Shown here piece by piece: positions 51,135 through 59,898 of a stretch of DNA of 64,000 nt. Under the pieces are notes generated by a model that worked only from the letters and a program-made list of their open reading frames with translations, had not been told where the DNA came from and did no database searches. A program made the translations under genes and the position numbers. The first letter of the stretch is position 1. Each line of letters opens with the position of its first letter. Source of the stretch: Deinococcus sp. (lineage in GTDB: Bacteria > Deinococcota > Deinococci > Deinococcales > Deinococcaceae); the NCBI GenBank assembly GCA_965261005.1, contig OZ253375.1, positions 1,152,001 through 1,216,000 on the forward strand, given 5' to 3'.

Positions 51135-51141
51135 CGGTTTG

Positions 51142-51169
51142 AAAAAGGGGCGATGGCGCCCCTTTTTTC
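51142..51169. terminator. Bidirectional intrinsic terminator
   Basis: AAAAAGGGGCG-ATGG-CGCCCCTTTTTT. Confidence 0.85.
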
Positions 51170-51267
51170 TGGCGCGATTGTTGACAAGATTTGTAAGATT
51201 ATCTTCGCGTCTTTTGAGGTACATTGAACCCGTCTACCCAAGGCCCACAACCCAGAAAGAGGTTTGT

Positions 51268-52521
51268 ATGAAACGACCGCTCACCCGTCCGTTGCTGTCC
51301 GCGCTCGCCCTGACCGGCACCTTGCTGGGGGCCGCGCACGCCCAAAAGACCACCACGCTGCACATCTTCATGGGGTCGCAGGAGCGGCCCGAAATCTTCC
51401 AGCCGATCTTCGACCGCTACACCAAGCAGAACCCCAACATAAAAATCAAGATCGAGACCGGCGGCGCCACCTCGGAGTTGCAAAACCAGTACCTGACGAC
51501 CGTGCTGGCCGCCAAGGACTCCACCCTCGACATCTTTTTGATTGACGTGGTGCGGGTGGCGACCTTCGCCGCCGCCGGCTGGGCCGAGCCGCTGAACAGC
51601 TACCTGCCGTCCGGTGACGCCTACCTCAAGGCCTACTTGCAGGGGCCGATCAGCGCCGACACCGTGAACGGCAAGCTCTACGCCCTGCCGGCCTTTACCG
51701 ACGCGCAGTTTCTCTATTACCGCAAGGACCTGCTCGACAAGTACAAGGCCAAGGTGCCGAAAACCTGGGACGAATTGACCCAGACCGCCCAGAAGATCAC
51801 CAAGGCCGAGGGCGGCGACCTCCAGGGCTTCAACTTTCAGGGCGCCCCCATCGAGGGAACGGTCTGCAACTTCCTGGAGATGACCTGGACCGGGGGCGGC
51901 GACGCCAGCAAGCCGGACTCGGCGGCCGGCAAGCAGGGGCTGGGCTTTTTAGTGAACGCGGTCAAGACCGGCTTATCCCCCAAGGCCAGCGCCGAGATCA
52001 AGACCGACGACTCGCGCAAGCAGTTTCAGGCCGGAAACGTGCTGTTCGGCCTGAACTGGTCCTACGCCTGGGCGCACTTCCAGGGGAACTCCCCCGACCC
52101 GACCAAGGTGAAGGGCGACGTGGGCGTCGCCAAGCTGCCGGTCTTCGGCAGCAATCCCAGCGCCACCTGCACCGGGGGCTGGCAGTGGGCCGTCAACGCC
52201 TACGGCACCAACAAGGCGCAGGCCGCCAAGCTGCTGGAGTTCATGGCCTCGACGGGCGTGCAGCGTGAGCTGGCCGTCAAGGGCGCCTACCTGCCGGTGC
52301 GCAAGAGCCTCTACAACGACGCCCAGGTGCTGGCCGCCAACCCGCACTTTAAGGCGCTCTATCCGGTGATCGTGAACGCCAAGCCGCGCCCGGTCACGCC
52401 CGCCTACCCGCGCGTCTCGGAACTGATTCGCACCAACGTCTCGGCGGCGGTGGCCGGCAGCAAGAGCGTGGACCAGGCCCTGAAGGACATGCAGCAGGGC
52501 CTCGACGACATGATGAAGTGA
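51268..52521 (+). CDS. Sugar (trehalose/maltose-type) ABC substrate-binding protein
   Basis: Signal peptide, LYYRKDLL, PKTWDEL, NWSYAW, PRPVTPAY. Confidence 0.9.
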   Translation: MKRPLTRPLLSALALTGTLLGAAHAQKTTTLHIFMGSQERPEIFQPIFDRYTKQNPNIKIKIETGGATSELQNQYLTTVLAAKDSTLDIFLIDVVRVATFAAAGWAEPLNSYLPSGDAYLKAYLQGPISADTVNGKLYALPAFTDAQFLYYRKDLLDKYKAKVPKTWDELTQTAQKITKAEGGDLQGFNFQGAPIEGTVCNFLEMTWTGGGDASKPDSAAGKQGLGFLVNAVKTGLSPKASAEIKTDDSRKQFQAGNVLFGLNWSYAWAHFQGNSPDPTKVKGDVGVAKLPVFGSNPSATCTGGWQWAVNAYGTNKAQAAKLLEFMASTGVQRELAVKGAYLPVRKSLYNDAQVLAANPHFKALYPVIVNAKPRPVTPAYPRVSELIRTNVSAAVAGSKSVDQALKDMQQGLDDMMK

Positions 52522-52554
52522 GGGGCATGAAGTGAAGGGTGATGAAGTGAACCC

Positions 52555-53484
52555 ATGTCCGACCAAACGCTGACGACCGCCACCAAGCCGGCCCGCCCCC
52601 GCCGCGACCTCAGCGAGGGGGCGCTGGCGGCGCTCTTGCTGCTGCCGGCCGCGCTGATCTTCGGCTTGGTGCTGCTGTACCCGCTGATTTCCACGGTGTG
52701 GTCGAGCTTTTTCGTGCAGAGGTTGACCGAGCCGTATCTGGGCACGCCCTTTGTCGGCTTCAAGCAATACGCCCAGCTCTTTCGGGACCCGCGCTTCCTG
52801 AACGCCCTGTGGAACACCGTGATGTTCGGCGCGCTGACGGTGGGCGGCTCCTTTTTGGTGGGCATTCCGATGGCGATGCTGGCCCACCTCGACACCCGCT
52901 GGAAGACGCTGGCGCGGGTCGCCATGCTGCTGCCGTGGGCCATGCCGCCGGTCTTCACCGCGCTGATCTTCGCGTGGCTCTTCAACGGGCAGTACGGCGT
53001 GGTGAACGACCTGCTCTTTCGGCTGCACCTGGTTTCCGAGCGGGTGCAGTTTCTGACCAACCCCTTTTGGGCCGCCTTCGCGATGGTCGTGACCATCGTC
53101 TGGAAGACGTCGAGCTTCGTCGCGCTGATCGTGCTGGGCGGCCTACAGGGCATCCCGCGCGAGCTGTCCGAGGCCGCCGAGGTGGACGGGGCCAGCAAGG
53201 TCGCCGGCTTCCTGCGGGTCACGCTGCCGCTGCTGGGGCCGGCACTGGCGGTCGCCTTTATCTTCCGGGCCATCAGCGCCATTCAGGTCTTCGACTTTCC
53301 CTACACCTTCATCTCGCAGGCGGCCCCCGCCGCCCGGCTGGAAACGCTGGGCGTCTACATCTACCGCACCACCATCGAGTACCTCGACTTCGGCTACGGC
53401 GCCACCATCTCGGTCGCCCTGTTCGCGCTGAGCCTGGCGATCACGGCGCTGTACGTGCGCCTGGTGAGGGGGGGTGAATCTTGA
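52555..53484 (+). CDS. Sugar ABC permease
   Basis: LLPWAMP, EAAEVDGAS. Confidence 0.92.
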   Translation: MSDQTLTTATKPARPRRDLSEGALAALLLLPAALIFGLVLLYPLISTVWSSFFVQRLTEPYLGTPFVGFKQYAQLFRDPRFLNALWNTVMFGALTVGGSFLVGIPMAMLAHLDTRWKTLARVAMLLPWAMPPVFTALIFAWLFNGQYGVVNDLLFRLHLVSERVQFLTNPFWAAFAMVVTIVWKTSSFVALIVLGGLQGIPRELSEAAEVDGASKVAGFLRVTLPLLGPALAVAFIFRAISAIQVFDFPYTFISQAAPAARLETLGVYIYRTTIEYLDFGYGATISVALFALSLAITALYVRLVRGGES

Positions 53485-54317
53485 CGGCAAAACTGAACCT
53501 CTCCGAGCGCGCCGTCAGGGCGGTGGGCCTGACCCTCCTGATCGTCGGCGGGCTGTTTCCCCTGGTCTGGATTCTGCTGACCAGCCTCAAGAACGAGACC
53601 GAGCTGCAAACCTTTCCGCTTCAGTACTTGCCGGCCGTGCCAGCCTGGAGCAACTACGCCCGCGTCTTCAGCGAGGAGCCGTTCGCGCGCTTTTTCCTGA
53701 ACTCCCTGGTCGTGTCGGGCCTGAGTACGATTTTGTGCGTGGTGGTCGCGGCGCTGGCGGCCTACGCCCTGGCGCGGCTCAAGCTGCGCGGGCGCACCTT
53801 TCTCACCACGGCGGTGATCGTCTTCAGCATGTTCCCGGTCGTCAGCTTGATCGTGCCGCTGTTCAAGCTGCTGCGCGGCGCCAACTTGCTCAACACCTAC
53901 CCCGCGCTGATCCTGCCGTACACCGCCCTCTCGCTGCCGGTCGCCATTCTGGTGCTGGTCGCCTTTTTTTCCAGCATCCCGCGCGACTTGGAGGCAGCGG
54001 CGATGGTGGACGGCTGCTCGCGGGTCAGCGCCCTGTGGCGGGTGGTCGTGCCCCTCAGCGCCCCCGGCATGGTCACGGCGGCCCTGCTCGTCTTTGTGAA
54101 TTCCTGGAACGAGTTCCTGCTGGCCCTCTCGTTCAACACCAAGCTCGACATGCGCACCGTCTCGGTGGGCGTCAACCTCTACCAAGGGGAATTCTCGTTT
54201 CCTTGGCCCCTGATCAGCGCCGCCATTATCGTGGGCGTGGTCCCCATCGTCGCGCTGATCGTCATTTTCCAGCGCCGCTTCGTCGCCGGCCTGACGGCGG
54301 GGGCGGTGAAGGGGTGA
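53481..54317 (+). CDS. Sugar ABC permease
   Basis: EAAAMVDGCS, SWNEFLLA. Confidence 0.92.
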   Translation: MTAKLNLSERAVRAVGLTLLIVGGLFPLVWILLTSLKNETELQTFPLQYLPAVPAWSNYARVFSEEPFARFFLNSLVVSGLSTILCVVVAALAAYALARLKLRGRTFLTTAVIVFSMFPVVSLIVPLFKLLRGANLLNTYPALILPYTALSLPVAILVLVAFFSSIPRDLEAAAMVDGCSRVSALWRVVVPLSAPGMVTAALLVFVNSWNEFLLALSFNTKLDMRTVSVGVNLYQGEFSFPWPLISAAIIVGVVPIVALIVIFQRRFVAGLTAGAVKG

Positions 54318-54448
54318 GCGAGGACGTGGGGAGCGTCATGAAGGCGGTGCGAAAGGCGGACGACCTCGGCGCCCAGCTGGCGATGGCGAAGATCACGGGA
54401 AACTTCAAACGGGGAAACGAGAAATAAATCCAGTTCCCAACATCCTTG

Positions 54449-54490
54449 CTCCCCTCCCTCCTTGCGGGGGAGGGGCCGGGGGTGGGGGGT
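54449..54490. repeat. GC-rich palindromic repeat unit related to the core of the 22.6 kb element
   Basis: CTCCCCTCCCTCCTTGCGGGGGAGGGGCCGGGGGTGGGGGGT vs CCTCCCCCCTTGCGGGGGAG...GGGCCGGGGAGGGGGGT. Confidence 0.65.
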
Positions 54491-54535
54491 CCCCCCAGCC
54501 AACCAAAAGACCCATTCCATAAGATCGGAGCGACG

Positions 54536-55678
54536 ATGACCAGCCCCTCCCAACCTTCCCAACCTTCCCAATCCGACTTCCTCTGGTTCGCCCAGCTCTC
54601 GCGCGACGGCGAGTTCATCGGCACAAAAGAAAAGCCGCCGCGCAAGCCGACCCTGGAGTACGTCTCCAGCTTGATCGAGACGGCGGCGGAGGCGGGCTTT
54701 TCGAGCCTGCTGACGGCCACCAACTACCACAGCGACCACGAAAACTACACGGCGGCCATCGCGGCGCTCGCCCGGACGCGCGGCGCGGGGCTGCTGATCG
54801 CGGTGCGGCCGGGCATGTTTCACCCGGCCATGTACGCCAAGATGATCGCGTCGGCGCAGAACCTCTTTCCGGGGCGGGTGCGGGTGAACATCGTGACCGG
54901 CTCCAGCCCGGCCGAGAACGCCATGTACGGCGACTTCGAGGACCACACCAAGAGGTACGAGCGCACCCGCGAGTTCATGCAGATTCTGCGCTTGCTGTGG
55001 GAGTCGCCGCCGCCGGTCAGCTACGAGTCGGGCATTTACAGCTTCAAGAACGCCGTGCTGGACCCGTCCCCGGTGCAGCCGATTCCCCTCTATTTCGGCG
55101 GCGCCTCGGAAAGCGCCCAGCGCATCGCCGCCGAGTTGGCCGACGTGTACCTGCTGTGGGGTGAGCGCCAGGACATGATTGAGGAGCGGCTGGGCAAGAT
55201 GCGCGAGTTGGAGCGGGAATACGGCCGCACGCTGGGCTACGGTCTGCGAACGCACGTGGTCGTGCGCGAGACCGAGGAGGAAGCTTGGCAGGCCACCGAA
55301 CGGCTGATCTCGCGGGTGGACCCGGATGTTCGCAAGGCCTTTGTGGAAAGCTACAAGAACGTGGACGGCGTGGGGCAGCTGCGCCAGATTCGGATGTTGC
55401 AGGAGGCCGGCGAGGGCAATTTGACGGTGGAGCCGCACTTGTGGGCCGGCGTGGGCATGGCGCGCAGCGGGGTGGGCGTCGCCATCGTGGGCGATCCCCA
55501 GCAGGTAGTGGACAAGATTCGCGGCTACGAGCGCATGGGCATCTCGACCTTCATCTTCAGCGGCTATCCGCACCTGGAGGAGGCGCGCCGCTTCGGCGAA
55601 TTGGTGATGCCGCTGCTCAGAGGTGGTCAAGCCGAGGCGCGGACCATTCACACCGATGCGGTGGCGCCCACCGCCTGA
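54536..55678 (+). CDS. LLM-class flavin-dependent monooxygenase (SsuD-like)
   Basis: AVRPG, VNIVTG, LYFGGAS, DVYLLWGE, FIFSGYPHLEEA. Confidence 0.88.
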   Translation: MTSPSQPSQPSQSDFLWFAQLSRDGEFIGTKEKPPRKPTLEYVSSLIETAAEAGFSSLLTATNYHSDHENYTAAIAALARTRGAGLLIAVRPGMFHPAMYAKMIASAQNLFPGRVRVNIVTGSSPAENAMYGDFEDHTKRYERTREFMQILRLLWESPPPVSYESGIYSFKNAVLDPSPVQPIPLYFGGASESAQRIAAELADVYLLWGERQDMIEERLGKMRELEREYGRTLGYGLRTHVVVRETEEEAWQATERLISRVDPDVRKAFVESYKNVDGVGQLRQIRMLQEAGEGNLTVEPHLWAGVGMARSGVGVAIVGDPQQVVDKIRGYERMGISTFIFSGYPHLEEARRFGELVMPLLRGGQAEARTIHTDAVAPTA

Positions 55679-55736
55679 CCTTGTAAGAAAATCGTGAGCC
55701 GCCGTGTGGTCTTTTTAACGTAGGTCCCTGTAGAGG

Positions 55737-56045
55737 ATGACCAAATTCACATGGCGCGGGCGAACTTGGCCCGCGAAAGGCGGCGCCTTGACAGCTTCTC
55801 CCCTTTTGAAAAGTCCTTCACTTTCCACCCTTTCGGTTGCCGAGCGGGCAGCGGCTTGGCACATCGTCGGCCACCTGCTGGGTCGCCGGGAGAGCTTGGA
55901 GTGCATTGCACAGGCGGTTAACGTGCCCGTGGGAATGGCCGGTCAGCTGTGCGACGTCCTGTGTCAGGAGGGCCGGCTGACCGCTCACGCCACGCCCCAA
56001 GGGCGCCTGTACAGCGTGAGCGTGGTGAGGGGCGAGCGAATCTAG
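55737..56045 (+). CDS. Hypothetical protein, possible winged-helix
   Basis: Fills the intergenic gap; IAQAVNV...LCQEGRL pattern. Confidence 0.45.
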   Translation: MTKFTWRGRTWPAKGGALTASPLLKSPSLSTLSVAERAAAWHIVGHLLGRRESLECIAQAVNVPVGMAGQLCDVLCQEGRLTAHATPQGRLYSVSVVRGERI

Positions 56046-56055
56046 GATAACGAAT

Positions 56056-57240
56056 CTAGGACAAGGCCCCCAGTTCGGCTCTCACCGCCTGGTACGCCTC
56101 CAGGGCCAGGTCGAGCTGGTCGCGGGTGTGCTCGGCGGTGACGATGTTGCGAATGCGCGCCAGGCCCCTCGGCACGGTGGGAAAGCCGAGGCCCACGGCG
56201 AAGACGCCGCGAGAAAGCAGCCTTCGGCTGGCCTCGAAGGCGGCGCCCGCCTCGCCGAAGATGACCGGCGTGATGGGCGTCTCGCTGCCGTGGGTGTCGA
56301 AGCCGAGCCTGTTCAGCTCGGCCTTGAAGTAGCGGGTGTTGTCCCACAGCCGCGCGATGATCTCTGGCTCACGCTGCACGAGGTCGAGGGCCGCGCTGAG
56401 GGCGCCGACCACGGCGGGTGGCTGGCCGGTCGAGAACAAAAAGGGGCGCGCCTTGTTGATCAGCAGTTCGCGCAAGTCGCCCGCGCCCGCCGCGTAGCCG
56501 CCGACCACGCCCCACGCCTTGGAGAGGGTGCCGATCTGAATCACGTCGTCCGCGTGCTCGAAGCCGAAGTGGTGGACTGTGCCGCGTCCGGCCTCACCCA
56601 GCACGCCCGAGCCGTGGGCGTCGTCCACGTAGGTCACGGCGCCGTGCGCCCGCGCCACCCGCACGATCTCCCCGAGGGGCGCAATGTCGCCGTCCATGCT
56701 GAACACGCCGTCGGTCACGATCAGCTTGAGGCCCCCCGTGGGGTTCTCGCGCAGCACCTCGTCCAGGTGGGCCACGTCCTTGTGGCGGTAGACCTTTTTG
56801 GTCGCCTTGGTCAGGCGCAAACCGTCGATGATGCTGGCGTGGTTGAGTTCGTCGGACACCACCAGGTCCCCCTCCGCGAGCAGGCTGCCCAGCACGCCCT
56901 GGTTGGTGGTGAAGCCGCTCTGCATCACCAGGGCGCTGCCGGTGCCCTTGAAGGCGGCGAGCTGGGCCTCGAACTCCTCGTGAACGCGCAGGGTGCCCGC
57001 GATGGTGCGCACCGCCCCGGCTCCGGCCCCCCAGGTCTCCAAATACTGCCGGGCGCGCTCCTTGAGGTAGGGATGGTCGGCGAAGCCCAGGTAGTTGTTG
57101 CTGGCGAGGTTGATCACCTCGCGGCCGTCCACGCGGGTCACGGCGCGCTGCGGCGCCTCCAGAACGCGCGGCGAGATGAGCAGCCCGGCTTCCCCCAGGC
57201 GTTCGAGTTCTGCGTTCAGGCGCTGCTGTAGGGTCGTCAT
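56056..57240 (-). CDS. kbl: Glycine C-acetyltransferase / BioF-family PLP enzyme
   Basis: SNNYLG, SDELNHASIIDG, DGVFSMDG, VDDAHG, GTLSKA. Confidence 0.88.
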   Translation of the reverse strand: MTTLQQRLNAELERLGEAGLLISPRVLEAPQRAVTRVDGREVINLASNNYLGFADHPYLKERARQYLETWGAGAGAVRTIAGTLRVHEEFEAQLAAFKGTGSALVMQSGFTTNQGVLGSLLAEGDLVVSDELNHASIIDGLRLTKATKKVYRHKDVAHLDEVLRENPTGGLKLIVTDGVFSMDGDIAPLGEIVRVARAHGAVTYVDDAHGSGVLGEAGRGTVHHFGFEHADDVIQIGTLSKAWGVVGGYAAGAGDLRELLINKARPFLFSTGQPPAVVGALSAALDLVQREPEIIARLWDNTRYFKAELNRLGFDTHGSETPITPVIFGEAGAAFEASRRLLSRGVFAVGLGFPTVPRGLARIRNIVTAEHTRDQLDLALEAYQAVRAELGALS

Positions 57241-57333
57241 GCCGACAGTTTAAGGCGGCCACAAGCTTTTTCGGGCCAAAGCGCCAACTTTTTAATCTTT
57301 AAAACATGAGACCTCGGTTATACTGCATTTACT

Positions 57334-58200
57334 TTGACCCAGAACCCCGTTTACGACATGGTCAGCGAGACGCTCGGGCGGGTGGTCTCCGGGCGGGCCG
57401 CCGAACAATTGCTGCGCGACGCCCTGCGCGACGCCGCGCTGACCCCCGAGCACGTCAGCGCCAGCGAAATGCAGCGCGTGTTGGTCAGCACGCTGGAACA
57501 CCGCCTGACCAGCGTGATTCCGACCCTGCGCGCCCACGACGAACTGCGCCGCCTGGCCACCCGGCTTCAGCAGTCCTATCCCAAGGCGACCACGCTGTTT
57601 CCGGGCGCCGAGGTGGCCCCGGGAAATCTGGCGACCTTGTCGGTGTGGTCGCAGGACGACGAACCCCAAGACACAGCATTTCAGGGCGCCGTCTGGACGG
57701 CGGGACGTCAGGCAGACGGCGCGCCGGAGACGGCCCGCGACCGCTCGCCCGGTTCCGACGCTGGGGAGCGGGCGCTTGGCGCCGAGGACTTCGATGCCGG
57801 CGACTTTGACCTCGACGACTTTGAATTCGACGATCCCAGCGAGCCGGCGCTGCTGAGCGCGCCGCTTCGCTTGTGCGACCTGCGCGACGCGAGCGGCCAA
57901 GACGGGTTGCTCAGCGACCTCGCCCGGCTCGGCGGGGTGCACGGCGTGGTGCTGTGCAACGCGGCGGGCAAGGTGGTGCGCGCCCGCAGCCAAAAGGGCG
58001 CCGACGCCCTCGGCGCCGTGATGGCCGCCACCGCCGCGCTGTTTCGCAACCGGCCTTGGCACATTCTGTGCGTGGACCTGCACACGCAGACGGTGTGCGT
58101 GCGCCCGCTGGGCCAGCACTTCGTCGCGCTGCTCGCCGGCGGCAACGTCAACCTCGGACAGCTGATCGCCGAGCTGTCCTCGCTCAAGGAGTCCGCATGA
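57334..58200 (+). CDS. Roadblock/LC7 domain-containing protein
   Basis: C-terminal GVHGVVLCNAAGKVV...VNLGQL pattern; acidic linker. Confidence 0.75.
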   Translation: MTQNPVYDMVSETLGRVVSGRAAEQLLRDALRDAALTPEHVSASEMQRVLVSTLEHRLTSVIPTLRAHDELRRLATRLQQSYPKATTLFPGAEVAPGNLATLSVWSQDDEPQDTAFQGAVWTAGRQADGAPETARDRSPGSDAGERALGAEDFDAGDFDLDDFEFDDPSEPALLSAPLRLCDLRDASGQDGLLSDLARLGGVHGVVLCNAAGKVVRARSQKGADALGAVMAATAALFRNRPWHILCVDLHTQTVCVRPLGQHFVALLAGGNVNLGQLIAELSSLKESA

Positions 58201-59837
58201 CCACGTCCACGTCATCCTTCCGCCACGCGGCCCGTTGCGCTTCCCTGGCGCTCACACTGCTGGGCGCCGGCGCGGGCGCGCAGAGCCTTTCCGCGCCCGA
58301 GTACCGCGCCATCTCCGCCGCCGTGAACGCGGCGGTGCGTGAGCGCGCGAGTTCGCCCACCCGCAGCTTCGCCGACCTCGACAAGGCCCGCAGCTTGCTC
58401 GACGCGGCCAATTTGGGCAGCTCACCGCTGCTAGAAGGCGTCCGCACGGCGCTCTCGAACGCGCGCATCGCGGTGGGCCGCTCGCAAACCGACCTTGAGG
58501 CGCAGGCCGCGCAGGTGAACGGCTTTCTGCGCAAGGCGCTGTACGACGCCAGCTTGGAGGCTACCCAGGGCCGCGCGGGCGAGGCCGTGCAGAGCGTGAG
58601 CCTGCTGGCGGAAGAACTCGGCGTTGCCCCGGCCGAGCGCCCGGCTTTGCTGGCGGCGGCCCGGGCGGGGCAGGTGGACGCGGTGCGCGCCCAGTTGGAG
58701 CGGGCCGCCATCACCAAGATGCAAAGCAACTTGGCAGTCGTCAAGGCTACCAATCCGGCCGACGTCAATCCGGCCAACGCCAATTCGGCGGCGCGCGCCA
58801 GCTCTTACCTGGCCTTGGCGCGCGCCGGCAGCTTCTTCAACGTCGTGCAGGACTCGCCGCGCGCGGGCGACTTGTCGGGCCGCCAATTCGTGCAGGCCCT
58901 GGACAGCTTGACCCGCGGCGACGGGACCGCGTATGCCAGTCAGCTGCGCGCCCTGCGCGCGGGCGCGGCGCGCTTCGCCGCCTCGGCCGCCCAGGCCGCG
59001 CGGGACGCCCCCAGCGAAGTGCCCCAGCCCGAGCGGCCCAGCGCCAACCCGTCCGGCCCAACACCGTCCAGCCCGGCGCCGTCCACCACATCAACCCAGC
59101 CGCCCCGAACGGCCGCTTCTGGCGCCCCGGTGGATCTCGACGCGCTGTACGTTCCACTGACCGGGGCGCTCACGGCCAGCGGCCACGGTGACAACGCGGC
59201 GGCGCGCGACGCCTTGGGGCGCGCCGCGCAGCTGTTCGCCGCCTTGCCGCCGGCCGTGCGCAACGCTCGCGGCGCCGAGGCCCTGCGCGCCGACGTGGAC
59301 CGCGTGCAGCGCCTGGGCGCGCTGCGCACGGCCGACGTGCGCGCCTTGCTGGGTAGCCTCGGCAACTTGCGGCGTGAGCAAACCGGCGAGGCGCCCAGCG
59401 CGCTGGACGCGCTGGGCGCGAACGTGTTGCGCGCGTTCGGCGGGGCGCCGCGCACGGCGCTGTTTGTGCTGCTCGGTTTGCTCGCGCTGTACCCGCTCTA
59501 CTTGCTCAACCTCGCCTTTGGCGGGCGCAACCCGTATTGGCGCGCCATCGGCGGGGCGCTCGCGCTCCTGTTGCTGCCGGTGATGCTGGAGGGGCTGGCG
59601 GGGCTGGGCGCGCTGCTGGAAAGCCTCAGCGGCGCCGGCGCCCTCAGCGTCCTGACCAACTTGAGCTTGCTGCAAAATCCGCTGGGCGGTCCCATTTGGG
59701 CGCTGCTGACGGCCCTCGCCATCGGGCTGGCGACTTGGGGCTTCCGGGGTATCTGCGTGCAGTTCGGCTTGCTGGGGCGCCGCACCGCCGACGTGAACGC
59801 GGGGCAGCCCGCCGTCGAGTGGGACGAGGAACTGTAA
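58197..59837 (+). CDS. Hypothetical exported protein with a C-terminal 3-TM anchor
   Basis: Signal peptide, helical domains, P/S/T-rich linker, YPLYLLNLAFGGRNPYW, VEWDEEL; ATGA coupling. Confidence 0.75.
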   Translation: MTTSTSSFRHAARCASLALTLLGAGAGAQSLSAPEYRAISAAVNAAVRERASSPTRSFADLDKARSLLDAANLGSSPLLEGVRTALSNARIAVGRSQTDLEAQAAQVNGFLRKALYDASLEATQGRAGEAVQSVSLLAEELGVAPAERPALLAAARAGQVDAVRAQLERAAITKMQSNLAVVKATNPADVNPANANSAARASSYLALARAGSFFNVVQDSPRAGDLSGRQFVQALDSLTRGDGTAYASQLRALRAGAARFAASAAQAARDAPSEVPQPERPSANPSGPTPSSPAPSTTSTQPPRTAASGAPVDLDALYVPLTGALTASGHGDNAAARDALGRAAQLFAALPPAVRNARGAEALRADVDRVQRLGALRTADVRALLGSLGNLRREQTGEAPSALDALGANVLRAFGGAPRTALFVLLGLLALYPLYLLNLAFGGRNPYWRAIGGALALLLLPVMLEGLAGLGALLESLSGAGALSVLTNLSLLQNPLGGPIWALLTALAIGLATWGFRGICVQFGLLGRRTADVNAGQPAVEWDEEL

Positions 59838-59898
59838 GCGCCCCGCCCGAAGCTGTCCGCTCCCCCCGCTCATCCCACTGAAAGGTCTTAGGTACGCC

